DNA from: Cardiobacteriales bacterium
GTDB lineage: Bacteria > Pseudomonadota > Gammaproteobacteria > Cardiobacteriales > Wohlfahrtiimonadaceae
Length of the DNA: 40,722 nucleotides
NCBI GenBank assembly: GCA_030150565.1
Contig: JASLFR010000026.1
Coordinates: forward strand, 1 to 40,722
Direction: 5' to 3'
The stretch's first letter is position 1. Each line of letters opens with the position of its first letter. The translations under genes and the position numbers were made by a program. Shown piece by piece: positions 29,010 to 38,013 of this stretch. The notes beneath the pieces were generated by a model. That model saw only the letters and a program-made list of their open reading frames with translations. It made no database searches and had not been told where the DNA came from.

Positions 29010-30125
29010 ATGTTAGATATACCCATTAAAGTAGAAAATAATTCTAAGGTTAACCTATACGGGTTAACCTTAGTTTCGTTAAAAGAATTGTGTCACGAGC
29101 TTGGTGAAAAGCCGTATCGAGCGGTTCAAATTATGAAGTGGCTCTATCATCATGGCGTTGAGTCGATCGATGAGATGACAGATATCTCAAAAAAGACCCG
29201 CGCTAAATTGAATGAAGTCGCCACCATTTCACTCCCTGCTGTGATTGAAGAGCAACCCTCGAAAGATGGAACGTATAAGTGGCTGATTCGCTTAGATTCA
29301 GGCAATAGTATCGAGATGGTCTACATTCCCGAAGAGGGGAGAGGTACGCTCTGTGTCTCTTCACAGATTGGGTGTGCGCTCGACTGCTCTTTCTGTTCTA
29401 CAGGTAAACAGGGCTTTAACCGAAATTTAGCGGTTGAAGAGATTGTAGGGCAGATTGTTGTTGCGAAGAAGATGCTTGGCGATTATGCGCCCGATCGTGA
29501 ATATAATACGCCACGTAAAGTGACCAATATTGTGATGATGGGGATGGGAGAACCACTCCTCAACTATCGAAATGTTGTGAGCGCGATGGAGATTATGCTC
29601 GATGATTACGGATTTGGGTTCTCAAAGCGCCGTGTCACTCTGAGTACGTCAGGAATTGTGCCTGCGCTCTACCGTTTGAAAGAGGATATTGATGTTGCGT
29701 TAGCGGTCTCTCTTCATGCGCCTTACAACACTCTGCGTGATGAGCTTGTTCCAATCAATCAGAAGTATCCCATCGAGGAGCTACTTGAAGCGTGCCGCGC
29801 TTATATCTCCACCTCCTCCCGTAAAAAGATTACGTGGGAGTATGTGATGCTAAAAGGGGTGAATGATCGAGAAGAGGATGCTCATGCATTAGCGAAATTG
29901 ATTAAGGATATCCCTGGTAAAGTGAATCTTATTCCTTTCAATCCTTTCCCCGATACTGAGTATGAAACTTCAACCAGTAAGCAGATCAATCTCTTTCGAG
30001 ATGTACTAATTGGTTATGGTATAGTCGTAGTGACCCGAAAAACCCGTGGAGAGGATATCGATGCGGCGTGTGGACAACTAGCGGGCAGAGTTAACGATAA
30101 GACAAAACGTACCCAAAATAAGTAG
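29010..30125 (+). CDS. rlmN: 23S rRNA/tRNA m2A methyltransferase RlmN (radical SAM)
   Basis: It contains FRAxQ-type YRAVQIMKWLYHHG, the radical-SAM cluster CALDCSFCSTG, MGMGEPL and the C-terminal catalytic DIDAACGQL. The start is either the ATG at 29010 or the TTG at 28998. Confidence 0.92.
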   Translation: MLDIPIKVENNSKVNLYGLTLVSLKELCHELGEKPYRAVQIMKWLYHHGVESIDEMTDISKKTRAKLNEVATISLPAVIEEQPSKDGTYKWLIRLDSGNSIEMVYIPEEGRGTLCVSSQIGCALDCSFCSTGKQGFNRNLAVEEIVGQIVVAKKMLGDYAPDREYNTPRKVTNIVMMGMGEPLLNYRNVVSAMEIMLDDYGFGFSKRRVTLSTSGIVPALYRLKEDIDVALAVSLHAPYNTLRDELVPINQKYPIEELLEACRAYISTSSRKKITWEYVMLKGVNDREEDAHALAKLIKDIPGKVNLIPFNPFPDTEYETSTSKQINLFRDVLIGYGIVVVTRKTRGEDIDAACGQLAGRVNDKTKRTQNK

Positions 30126-30145
30126 CGATTTTATAGAGGATAACC

Positions 30146-30886
30146 ATGAAGAAATTACTCCTAATCTCATTAAGCTCACTCATTTTAGCATCCTGCGCCA
30201 CTAGCGGTGGTTATGGAGGGGGCTCAAATAAAAATCAGCGGATTACAACGGAAGATCTTGAGCGTTCCGTAAGAGTAAATTATGAATTGGGAACCTCTTA
30301 TATTATGTCTGCAAATTATGATGTTGCAGAAGATAAATTGATGAAGGTTGTTACCCGCTCTCCCGATTTTCCAGATGTTTATAATGCATTAGGGGTGTTA
30401 CAGCAGCGTCGTGGAAAAATTACCGATGCAAGTACCTTTTTTGCAAAAGCGATCTCTCTAGATCCTGAATATGAGCAAGCGATGACGAACTATACTCGCC
30501 TGCAGTGTGAGCATGGTGGTCTTGCAACGGTCGCTTCGGCAGCACAAGGAGCACAAGGGGGAACGGTACAGGCGGGGCTCTACGCAGGAGCGGCAGAGTG
30601 CGCTATTCACTATAAAGAGCCAGCAGCGGCTCTCCAGTATGCTAACAATGCGATCAGCATCGACCCACGCTACGCCCCAAGTTACCTCCATAAAGCGCGC
30701 GCTTTTGGTGCATTAAGGCAAGGAGCTGAAGGGCTCTCAGCACTCAATCAGTATCATGATTTGAAAGGGTATACCCTTCCTAGTGCCCAATTAGGGGAGG
30801 AGCTTGCAAAGCTCGCTAAGGATGGTAGAGAAGCCGCAAAATATAAAAATGTTATTGCAACACAATTTGGCAATACTCGTGGATAA
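30146..30886 (+). CDS. pilW: TPR lipoprotein, type IV pilus biogenesis/stability PilW (PilF) type
   Basis: It has lipobox LILASC and TPR repeats. The position between rlmN and rodZ matches Pseudomonas and related gammaproteobacteria. Confidence 0.65.
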   Translation: MKKLLLISLSSLILASCATSGGYGGGSNKNQRITTEDLERSVRVNYELGTSYIMSANYDVAEDKLMKVVTRSPDFPDVYNALGVLQQRRGKITDASTFFAKAISLDPEYEQAMTNYTRLQCEHGGLATVASAAQGAQGGTVQAGLYAGAAECAIHYKEPAAALQYANNAISIDPRYAPSYLHKARAFGALRQGAEGLSALNQYHDLKGYTLPSAQLGEELAKLAKDGREAAKYKNVIATQFGNTRG

Positions 30887-30905
30887 AGAGAGAAGGATTG
30901 ATTAA

Positions 30906-31871
30906 ATGCTATCAGAGCAAATTGGGCAGCTTCTTAAGGAGGCTCGTCTAGAGAAGGAACTCTCAGAGGAGGAGGTATCCCGTGCGATATCTCTACGTGT
31001 CTCCCTTATTCAAGCGCTAGAAGAGGGGGATTTTGATCAGACAGGAGCACTTGTCTACACCAAAGCTTATCTTAGACGTTATGCACGTTTTGTTGAGTTA
31101 AATGATGATTCATTTGAGGAGCTCGTTTCACAACTTAAGGAGCGGGATGATCTCTATGAAGATATTGGAAAGAGTGCAATTGCTAAGGCTGAACGGGAAC
31201 GTAGTAGTGTAAACCGCTCATTTAGAATCTATCTTGCTGCGGTGATTCTTCTTTGTGGAATCGGTTTTTTTGCCGCGCAACAGGGGTGGATCCCTTTCCT
31301 CTCTGAGGAGAGTGAGAAAGAATTTCAAGATGAGTATGATGACGATGGATTTGTTCCCCGTTATCAAGAGGGGTACTTCGATGATGGGCTTTCTGAAGAG
31401 ATTGAACTCTCCCCTGAGGTGCTCGCATCATTGATTGATGAGGAGTATCTTGAGGGGCTTAATCTCCCTGAAGTTGAATCGAATGAGCGAGAGGAGTCGC
31501 TTCTATTAGAGAGTAAGCGTGCTGAGGAGATGATCTCTCAACAGCGTGCAGAAGAGAGCACAGAGCGTGAAGATAATAGTAACGCTTCTGTTGTAACTGA
31601 AGAGAATAGAGGCGTTAAACTCCATTTAAAAGCGAACTGTTGGACAAAAATTACCGATAGTAGCGGCAAAGAGCTTGTGGCAAAAGAGCTTACAAGTGGG
31701 GAGTATCTTTTTGATGGTACCGCCCCCTTTAGAATTCGTATTGGAAATGCGCAAGCATTAGAAGCGGTTGAGATTGATGGAGTCTCTATTGAAGAGAAAC
31801 AGTTTCGCCCAGATAATCGCACATCGGTGCACACCTTTACGGTAACTCGAGAGGATGTAGAGCGTGAGTAA
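30906..31871 (+). CDS. rodZ: Cytoskeleton protein RodZ (HTH, TM segment, acidic linker, C-terminal DUF4115-like domain)
   Basis: It has an N-terminal XRE-type HTH (IGQLLKEARLEKELSEEEVSRAISLRVSLIQALEEGDF, YTKAYLRRYA), a single TM segment, a Glu-rich linker and a C-terminal beta-domain. The syntenic position also fits. Confidence 0.8.
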   Translation: MLSEQIGQLLKEARLEKELSEEEVSRAISLRVSLIQALEEGDFDQTGALVYTKAYLRRYARFVELNDDSFEELVSQLKERDDLYEDIGKSAIAKAERERSSVNRSFRIYLAAVILLCGIGFFAAQQGWIPFLSEESEKEFQDEYDDDGFVPRYQEGYFDDGLSEEIELSPEVLASLIDEEYLEGLNLPEVESNEREESLLLESKRAEEMISQQRAEESTEREDNSNASVVTEENRGVKLHLKANCWTKITDSSGKELVAKELTSGEYLFDGTAPFRIRIGNAQALEAVEIDGVSIEEKQFRPDNRTSVHTFTVTREDVERE

Positions 31872-33159
31872 AAAAATTACCGCCATTCGTGGCATGAAAG
31901 ATTGGTTGCCTGAAGAGAGCCACTATTGGCAGATGATTGAGGGGCACTTAAAGAACCTCTTTAATGAGTATGGATATCTTGAATTGCGTACGCCAATTAT
32001 TGAGGAGACTCGCCTCTTTTCTCGCTCTTTAGGTGAGGTGACCGATATTGTTGAGAAGGAGATGTACACCTTTCCAGATCAGAATGATTCGATGAGTCTA
32101 ACGCTTCGTCCAGAGATGACGGCGGGGATCGTTCGAGCGGGAATTGAGCATGGACTTTTCCATAATCAGACTCAAAAAATGTGGCAGATTGGCCCAGCAT
32201 TCCGTTATGAGCGTCCACAAAAAGGGCGTTATCGCCAGTTTCATCAAGCGGATATTGAGATCTTTGGTATTGAGAGTGCAGATGCAGATGCTGAGATGCT
32301 CTCAATGCTAAACCGCCTCTGGAAGCGATTGGGGATCGATCAGACATTACAGCTTGAGATCAACTCAATGGGGACTGCTGAGAGTCGAAAAATCTATCGA
32401 GAGGCGTTGATCACTTATTTTGAAGCGTATAAAGATAAGCTTGACGCCGATAGCCAGCGGAGACTCTATAGCAATCCTCTGCGTATTTTAGATTCTAAAA
32501 ATCCCGATTTAAATGAGATTATTGCAGGAGCGCCACAGCTTCTCGATTATCTAGATGAGGATTCAAAAACACATTTTGAATCACTCTGTCAGCAACTCGA
32601 TCTTTTAGGGGTTCAATATATTGTCAATCCTCGTATTGTGCGTGGAATGGATTACTACACAAGAACCGTCTTTGAGTGGACGACTGATGCATTGGGCGCA
32701 CAAGGGACCGTTTGTGGCGGTGGCCGTTATGATGGAATGGTTGAGGAGTTAGGGGGAAGCCCTACACCTGCAATCGGCTTCGGTATTGGAATGGAGCGTT
32801 TAATTCTGCTCTGTCGTGAGCTGGGAGTAGAGGCGGATATTGAGCCTCCTCTTCTAACAACTATCTTCTTAGGTGAGGCTGCAACAGTTTCAGGGATGCA
32901 GTTGATCGAAACGCTTCGTGATCACTTCTCTGGTGTGAAAATGATCAATAACTTAGGAGGGGGGAGTATGCGCTCTCAGATGAGAAAAGCTGACCGCTCT
33001 CAAGCCCGTTTTGCCCTCATTTTAGGGGAGGATGAGCTTAAAAATGGTGTTGTTATTCTGCGTGATCTACGTGAAGCGGGTGAGCAGGAATCATTAACAA
33101 AAGAGCAGTTGATTGAGCGTTTAAGTGAGCATTTAGCAGAAAATAGATCAGCAATTTAG
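31864..33159 (+). CDS. hisS: Histidine--tRNA ligase
   Basis: 431 aa from a GTG start overlapping the rodZ stop by 8 nt. It contains GMKDWLP, LRPEMTAGIVR, FRYERPQKGRYRQFHQ and GGGRYDGM, the class II HisRS motifs. Confidence 0.95.
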   Translation: MSKKITAIRGMKDWLPEESHYWQMIEGHLKNLFNEYGYLELRTPIIEETRLFSRSLGEVTDIVEKEMYTFPDQNDSMSLTLRPEMTAGIVRAGIEHGLFHNQTQKMWQIGPAFRYERPQKGRYRQFHQADIEIFGIESADADAEMLSMLNRLWKRLGIDQTLQLEINSMGTAESRKIYREALITYFEAYKDKLDADSQRRLYSNPLRILDSKNPDLNEIIAGAPQLLDYLDEDSKTHFESLCQQLDLLGVQYIVNPRIVRGMDYYTRTVFEWTTDALGAQGTVCGGGRYDGMVEELGGSPTPAIGFGIGMERLILLCRELGVEADIEPPLLTTIFLGEAATVSGMQLIETLRDHFSGVKMINNLGGGSMRSQMRKADRSQARFALILGEDELKNGVVILRDLREAGEQESLTKEQLIERLSEHLAENRSAI

Positions 33160-33170
33160 AGGGAATAAAG

Positions 33171-33797
33171 ATGAGCTTAAGTCAATTTGAGACAGATGAG
33201 CAGCGCGCGGAAGCGCTCATTGATTGGTTAAAAGAGAATAGTAAATTTATTGTTGGTTTAATTGGGCTCTCGGTAGCGCTCTTTTTTGGAACCCATTTTT
33301 ATAAGAGTAGTCAGGCTGCGGGCGTTAAGCGCTCTTCAGATCAATATGGGCTCTTTAAAGATCTCTATCAGCAAGACTCTCTAAATGATGAGGCTTTTGA
33401 AGCCGTAAAAGGGGCAAAGCATACAATCTATGGCACCTTCGCAGCTTCCCTTCTTGCCAGTGATATTGAGCAGGAGAAGCGAGATGGTGATGCAGTCGCT
33501 CTTTTAGAGGAGGCGATTAAGCGGGAGAAGGATACCGTTTTAAAAGCGATGTTAACCTACCGTTTAGCGCTTGCGCATTACAATAGTGATCAATTTGATG
33601 AGGCGCAGAAGGTGTTAGAGAAGATTACGCTTGCAAGTTACGAGCCTCTTGTAAAAACTTTAGCAGGCGATATCGCCCTAAAGAGAGGGGATTATGAAAC
33701 AGCTCGCATTCGTTACAGTGAAGCGTTAGAGATGAATGATGAGAATCAATTGAGCTTAACGTACTATAAATTGCAAGCGCTCGGTGGAGCACTATAA
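33171..33797 (+). CDS. yfgM: YfgM-family membrane-anchored TPR-like protein (ancillary SecYEG subunit)
   Basis: 208 aa with one N-terminal TM segment after an acidic head (ETDEQRAEALIDWLKEN) and a TPR-like periplasmic part. It occupies the conserved slot between hisS and bamB. Confidence 0.8.
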   Translation: MSLSQFETDEQRAEALIDWLKENSKFIVGLIGLSVALFFGTHFYKSSQAAGVKRSSDQYGLFKDLYQQDSLNDEAFEAVKGAKHTIYGTFAASLLASDIEQEKRDGDAVALLEEAIKREKDTVLKAMLTYRLALAHYNSDQFDEAQKVLEKITLASYEPLVKTLAGDIALKRGDYETARIRYSEALEMNDENQLSLTYYKLQALGGAL

Positions 33798-33826
33798 GCC
33801 CCATTTTGATGGGATAGAGAGGTCTT

Positions 33827-34969
33827 ATGAAGAAGTATTTTGTCGTAGGCGCGCTGTCACTTGCGATTGCGGGTTGTAGCGGTTTTTTAAGTGGAAAATC
33901 TAATTTAGCTCAACCTAAAGAGTTAAATAGTGCGCTCATCAATCAATCATCTATCTCACAATTATGGGGAGTGAATAGCAAAGCGAGTACAACGGCTCGC
34001 ACAGGGTTACGTTTTCAGATGGCGCATGATGCCTCAAATCTCTATGTTGCAGGTGCAAATGGAGCGGTAAGCGCAATCGATCTTAGCAGTGGTGCTCTTC
34101 GCTGGAGCCGCTCAGTTGGAAAATTGAGTGCAGGTGTGGGAGCGGGAAGTGGCGTAGTTCTTGTTGGAGATCGTGATGGAAATTTAATCGCTCTCTCAAG
34201 CGCTGATGGTACGGAGAAGTGGCGTAAACGTCTGCTAGGACCTGCTAATGCTGCGCCCATCGCATCACATGGCCGAGCGATTGTACGTTCAATGAGTGGC
34301 GCTGTTGAGGCGTTTAACTTAGAGACAGGGGAAGAGGATTGGGCGTATGTAGTTGGGCGCCCAGAGATGAATATCCGTGGTGGCGCTCAACCTCAGGTTG
34401 TGGGAAATGAGCTCTTCATCCCTAATGATATTGGTCAGGTTGGCGTGTTAGACGTCGAGAGTGGCAAAGTTCTTTGGGGCACCAATCTTGGAAAAGTGCG
34501 CGATGGTTCTCTTATGGGGCAGCTACGGGATGTTGATGCTGCGCCTATCATCACTGAAAATCGCCTCTTTGCTGCAACCGTAAAAGATGGAATCACTGCT
34601 ACTAATAAGCAGGGAAAACGGCTCTGGAGTGCAGGAGAAGGGGTCTATGCAGGGTTTGCATATGATGGAAGAGCCCTCTACGCAGTTGAGCATGATAGTA
34701 AAATTCGTGCACTCAATAGCGATAACGGCGCTCAATTATGGACCAATGAGGATTTAACAGGGCGCTGGTTAACAGAGCCACAAGTGATTAATCAGAGAAT
34801 AGTTGTTGGAGATTTAGAGGGGTATGTGCATCAAATTGAGAGCACAACAGGGCAGCTAATTAGCTCTACTAAAGTTGCTAAGAGCGGCTTTCTTCCCGAT
34901 ACACTCCAAATTAATGGAACAATGATCTTAATGGATCGTACAGGCGGTATTTACCGAATTGGACTTTAG
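33827..34969 (+). CDS. bamB: Outer-membrane protein assembly factor BamB
   Basis: It has lipobox LAIAGCSG and eight PQQ-like beta-propeller repeats (recurring G.V.A.D...G...W). The syntenic position also fits. Confidence 0.9.
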   Translation: MKKYFVVGALSLAIAGCSGFLSGKSNLAQPKELNSALINQSSISQLWGVNSKASTTARTGLRFQMAHDASNLYVAGANGAVSAIDLSSGALRWSRSVGKLSAGVGAGSGVVLVGDRDGNLIALSSADGTEKWRKRLLGPANAAPIASHGRAIVRSMSGAVEAFNLETGEEDWAYVVGRPEMNIRGGAQPQVVGNELFIPNDIGQVGVLDVESGKVLWGTNLGKVRDGSLMGQLRDVDAAPIITENRLFAATVKDGITATNKQGKRLWSAGEGVYAGFAYDGRALYAVEHDSKIRALNSDNGAQLWTNEDLTGRWLTEPQVINQRIVVGDLEGYVHQIESTTGQLISSTKVAKSGFLPDTLQINGTMILMDRTGGIYRIGL

Positions 34970-34975
34970 GAAATA

Positions 34976-36364
34976 ATGAACTACTCCTTACCGATTTTTG
35001 CCCTTATTGGGCGCCCGAATGTTGGGAAATCTACAATTTTTAATATCTTAACGCAGACCCGAGATGCGCTTGTTGCCGATCAGCCTGGATTAACGCGCGA
35101 TCGACAATATGGAGAGGGGCGTGTAGGTGATGAACCCTATATTATTCTCGATACAGGTGGTCTTTCAGGTGAAGAGGATAAGATCGACACGCTCATCGAA
35201 CAGCAGGTATGGCGCGGCACCGATGAAGCTGACGTCATCTTCTTTGTTGTGGATGGAAAAGTGGGGGTCACCGCTGGTGATTTAGAGATCGCAAGCCGTC
35301 TTCGCCGTTTAGAGAATAAGCCTGTAATTGCTGTTGTGAATAAGGCGGAAGGGATGAACCCTGATCTGATTGTAAGCGAGTTTTATAGCTTAGGTCTTGG
35401 CGATCCTATCGCTGTCTCTGCGGCTCACAGTCAAGGTTTTATGGAGCTTATTGAGCGAGCTTTCACCCATATCGATCCAGAAGATTTTGTTGAAGAGCCT
35501 TTTGTGGATGATGGTTCAATTCGTCTAGCGGTTTTAGGGCGCCCAAATGCTGGAAAATCGACGCTTCTTAATAAAATCTTGGGGGAGGAGCGTCTACTCG
35601 CTACGGATATTGCAGGAACGACCCGTGATAGTATCGAGATCCCGTTTGAGATGTATGAGCGTAAATTTACTCTTATCGATACAGCGGGGATTCGTCGCAA
35701 AAGTCGGGTTGATGACAAAATCGAGAAATTTAGCGTTCTTAAGAGTTTAGAGGCGCTCAAACAGTGCCATGTGGCGGTCTTCGTTTTTGATGCGAAAGAG
35801 GGGCTCTCTGAACAGGATTCAACCCTTTTAGGGTACGCACTTGAGTATCATCGTCCTCTCGTTTTGGCGATCAATAAGTGGGACCTATTAGAGAATGATG
35901 AGAAGGAGTGGATTAAGCAAGATTTTGCTCGCCGTTTCGCCTTTATCGATTATGCTGAACCGATCTTCATCTCAGCGCTTCGTGGAGGCTCAGGAATAGG
36001 GCGAATTCTAAAAGAGGCGATCAAAATTTATGATAGCTCTATGCAGGAATTTACCACTAATAAGCTCTCCAATATTTTAGAGAAGGCGGTACAAGCGCAC
36101 CATCCTCCTGTCGTGAAGGGATTTGCTCCTAAGTTGCGTTATGCGCATCAAGGGGGGGTGAATCCTCTACAGGTGATCATTCACGGAAATCGTACACAAT
36201 ATGTGAGTGAGAGTTATAAACGTTATCTGAGTAAAGCGTTTTATGAAGGGCTTGGACTCTACCGCACCCCTGTACGGATTAACTTTAGGCAGGGGGATAA
36301 CCCATATGCGAATAAGAAGCCTAAAGAGAAAGAGCGTCGTGGCCGTAAGCGTAAACGTTACTAA
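34976..36364 (+). CDS. der: Ribosome-associated GTPase Der (EngA), double G-domain
   Basis: It has two P-loops, GRPNVGKST and GRPNAGKST, two DTGG/DTAG motifs and two NKxD motifs (NKAE, NKWD). A KH-like C-terminus with a basic tail follows. Confidence 0.95.
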   Translation: MNYSLPIFALIGRPNVGKSTIFNILTQTRDALVADQPGLTRDRQYGEGRVGDEPYIILDTGGLSGEEDKIDTLIEQQVWRGTDEADVIFFVVDGKVGVTAGDLEIASRLRRLENKPVIAVVNKAEGMNPDLIVSEFYSLGLGDPIAVSAAHSQGFMELIERAFTHIDPEDFVEEPFVDDGSIRLAVLGRPNAGKSTLLNKILGEERLLATDIAGTTRDSIEIPFEMYERKFTLIDTAGIRRKSRVDDKIEKFSVLKSLEALKQCHVAVFVFDAKEGLSEQDSTLLGYALEYHRPLVLAINKWDLLENDEKEWIKQDFARRFAFIDYAEPIFISALRGGSGIGRILKEAIKIYDSSMQEFTTNKLSNILEKAVQAHHPPVVKGFAPKLRYAHQGGVNPLQVIIHGNRTQYVSESYKRYLSKAFYEGLGLYRTPVRINFRQGDNPYANKKPKEKERRGRKRKRY

Positions 36365-36386
36365 AGTGGCGTAAATGGAAATGATG

Positions 36387-36415
36387 AAAAGCTACTCCTA
36401 AGAGTAGCTTTTTTT
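36387..36415. terminator. Bidirectional rho-independent terminator between der and the convergent glycosylase gene
   Basis: AAAA, GCTACTC (36391-36397), loop CTAA, GAGTAGC (36402-36408), TTTTTTT. The stem is flanked by an A-run and a T-run, so it can terminate both strands. Confidence 0.85.
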
Positions 36416-36426
36416 ATGCATTAAAT

Positions 36427-36819
36427 TTATTTAGGGGAAGAGGAGGGCGTATAGCGGGGTTTTTCTGGCATACGCTCCTCAATGCGGCTTAAATTGAGCG
36501 CAATATCTCTCTCCGTCACCTCATAATCATTCCATAAATGGGTGTACCGTTTCACCTCTTCTGGCCAGCGGTAAGTTACATTAAACCCTCGTAGAGTACA
36601 CTCCTGATGGAGTTGATCATATCTATTTTTAAGAAAGAGCAACTTATCACGAAAGAAGGTGACATGCCCCTTTCCTAAGAGATAGGCGGGTTCATCACTT
36701 AAGGGGAGAACCCCATCCCGTTTGAGAACATCATTAGGAATACGGGTCAATTCACGATGTTCCGCTAATAGATGTTGATCACATAATTTTTTTGGATCAA
36801 TCAGATTAATTCGAGTCAC
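36427..36819 (-). CDS. Pyrimidine-dimer DNA glycosylase/AP lyase, T4 endonuclease V (DenV) family
   Basis: 130 aa. MTRINL...DQHLLAEHRELTRI aligns residue for residue with T4 endo V, MTRINL...DQHLMAEYRELPRV, conserving Thr2, Arg3, Arg22, Glu23 and Arg26. GKGHVTFFRDKLLFLKNRY (T4 GAGHVTFFYDKLEFLRKR) and RGFN also match. Confidence 0.85.
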   Translation of the reverse strand: MTRINLIDPKKLCDQHLLAEHRELTRIPNDVLKRDGVLPLSDEPAYLLGKGHVTFFRDKLLFLKNRYDQLHQECTLRGFNVTYRWPEEVKRYTHLWNDYEVTERDIALNLSRIEERMPEKPRYTPSSSPK

Positions 36820-36848
36820 AATTTAATCCCTCTATAAAGATAGTTGAA

Positions 36849-37448
36849 TCACTCCTCAATCACTATTTTGGGAGGAGAGCGGTAGATCTCCTCCAGTTGA
36901 GGATTTGATAGAAGATCGGAAGGGAAGAGGTAATCCCCTTTCAACAGAGGGAGGTTGAGGTGCGTTTGGGATAGGTTGAGCTCCATATTTTTTGCACTCT
37001 CCCAAGCCTCTGTCAATAGGAGTGTACAGTAAGTCCCTCTCTCTTTTTGATAATGGAAGGGAGTTCCAACTTGCGCTTTAGCGTGATGGACCGCACTCAT
37101 CTGCTCATCTGATGAGGCTGCAATTCGATAGATTGCAAACTCATTACTGCGATCAGGGTGTAGAAAAAAATCGAGCGTATCGATGACAACACCGTCGGGA
37201 TTCTCTTCCCGCTCTGAAGGGGTGGCATGAACCACTCGCCACTCACCCTCCTCGTAGAAGAGCATCCCTACATGGCTATAATCGCTCTTAGGGTCAGATA
37301 TCATCACAAGATGGCTCACAAATGCCAAACCTTGACGAAAAATAAGATCCCCATTTTTGATCTCAATAGAGGGGGGGATATCAGGATGGGGAGAGCTAAA
37401 GAGCGGGGTGATGAGTGTAAGGAGAAGTAGGGTAAGTCTTCGCTGCAT
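36849..37448 (-). CDS. Secreted YiiX/YaeF-type permuted papain-like (NlpC/P60 clan) hydrolase
   Basis: It has a signal peptide (MQRRLTLLLLTLITPLFS), GDLIFRQG, YSHVGMLF (the His comes before the Cys, i.e. permuted order) and GTYCTLLLTEAW with the candidate catalytic Cys. Confidence 0.6.
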   Translation of the reverse strand: MQRRLTLLLLTLITPLFSSPHPDIPPSIEIKNGDLIFRQGLAFVSHLVMISDPKSDYSHVGMLFYEEGEWRVVHATPSEREENPDGVVIDTLDFFLHPDRSNEFAIYRIAASSDEQMSAVHHAKAQVGTPFHYQKERGTYCTLLLTEAWESAKNMELNLSQTHLNLPLLKGDYLFPSDLLSNPQLEEIYRSPPKIVIEE

Positions 37449-37479
37449 TCTGAATGTCTACTTTAAATAAGAGAGGGGC

Positions 37480-37511
37480 AAAAAAATAGCCACCAAATTG
37501 AGGGCGGCTAT
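37480..37511 (-). terminator. Rho-independent terminator after the 37535-37930 lipoprotein gene
   Basis: On the - strand: ATAGCCGCC, 8-nt loop, GGTGGCTAT, TTTTTT. The single non-Watson-Crick pair is G-U only in the - sense. Confidence 0.75.
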
Positions 37512-37534
37512 CTCTAAATAGGGGGATGATGAGA

Positions 37535-37930
37535 TTACATCTCAACTTTCCACTTTCCGTTCACTTTTTTAAGCTCAAAAACATCATTGTTACTGCTTCC
37601 ATCACCAAGTTCAATGGTGTGGTGAACGCTTGCAGATTGTTTATCTTCTGAGTAATCGATACGATCGATAGTCACCTTCTTAATACCACCTTGTGCTTTC
37701 ATCTCTGAAGCAGCAAGGCCAAGCATCATATCGAATTTGCCCTCTATGAGCGCAAGCTCCTCTTTAGATGCACCGCTTGTATCCATGTAGCTGAGCATTT
37801 TTTTCGAATCTCCCTTCTCCATTGCGCTGTAGATCCCTTTAACAACAGGTTCTGGAGAATCTGAGCCACCACACGCAACAACTAATGCCATGGTGATAAG
37901 GATAGCAAAGCTACGAAACATCTTTTTCAT
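37535..37930 (-). CDS. Small lipoprotein, DUF4878/NTF2-like (family assignment tentative)
   Basis: 131 aa with lipobox LVVACGG and a C-terminal ...KKVNGKWKV typical of small NTF2-like lipoproteins. Codon usage is GGT-rich, like highly expressed genes. Confidence 0.55.
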   Translation of the reverse strand: MKKMFRSFAILITMALVVACGGSDSPEPVVKGIYSAMEKGDSKKMLSYMDTSGASKEELALIEGKFDMMLGLAASEMKAQGGIKKVTIDRIDYSEDKQSASVHHTIELGDGSSNNDVFELKKVNGKWKVEM

Positions 37931-38013
37931 ACTGGTCTCTCTTTTATTGGGTAAATAGTTAGCCGATTATAATCGTTTTTTTAGATGAGAGCTATCAAAA
38001 TAAATAAGTCTCA

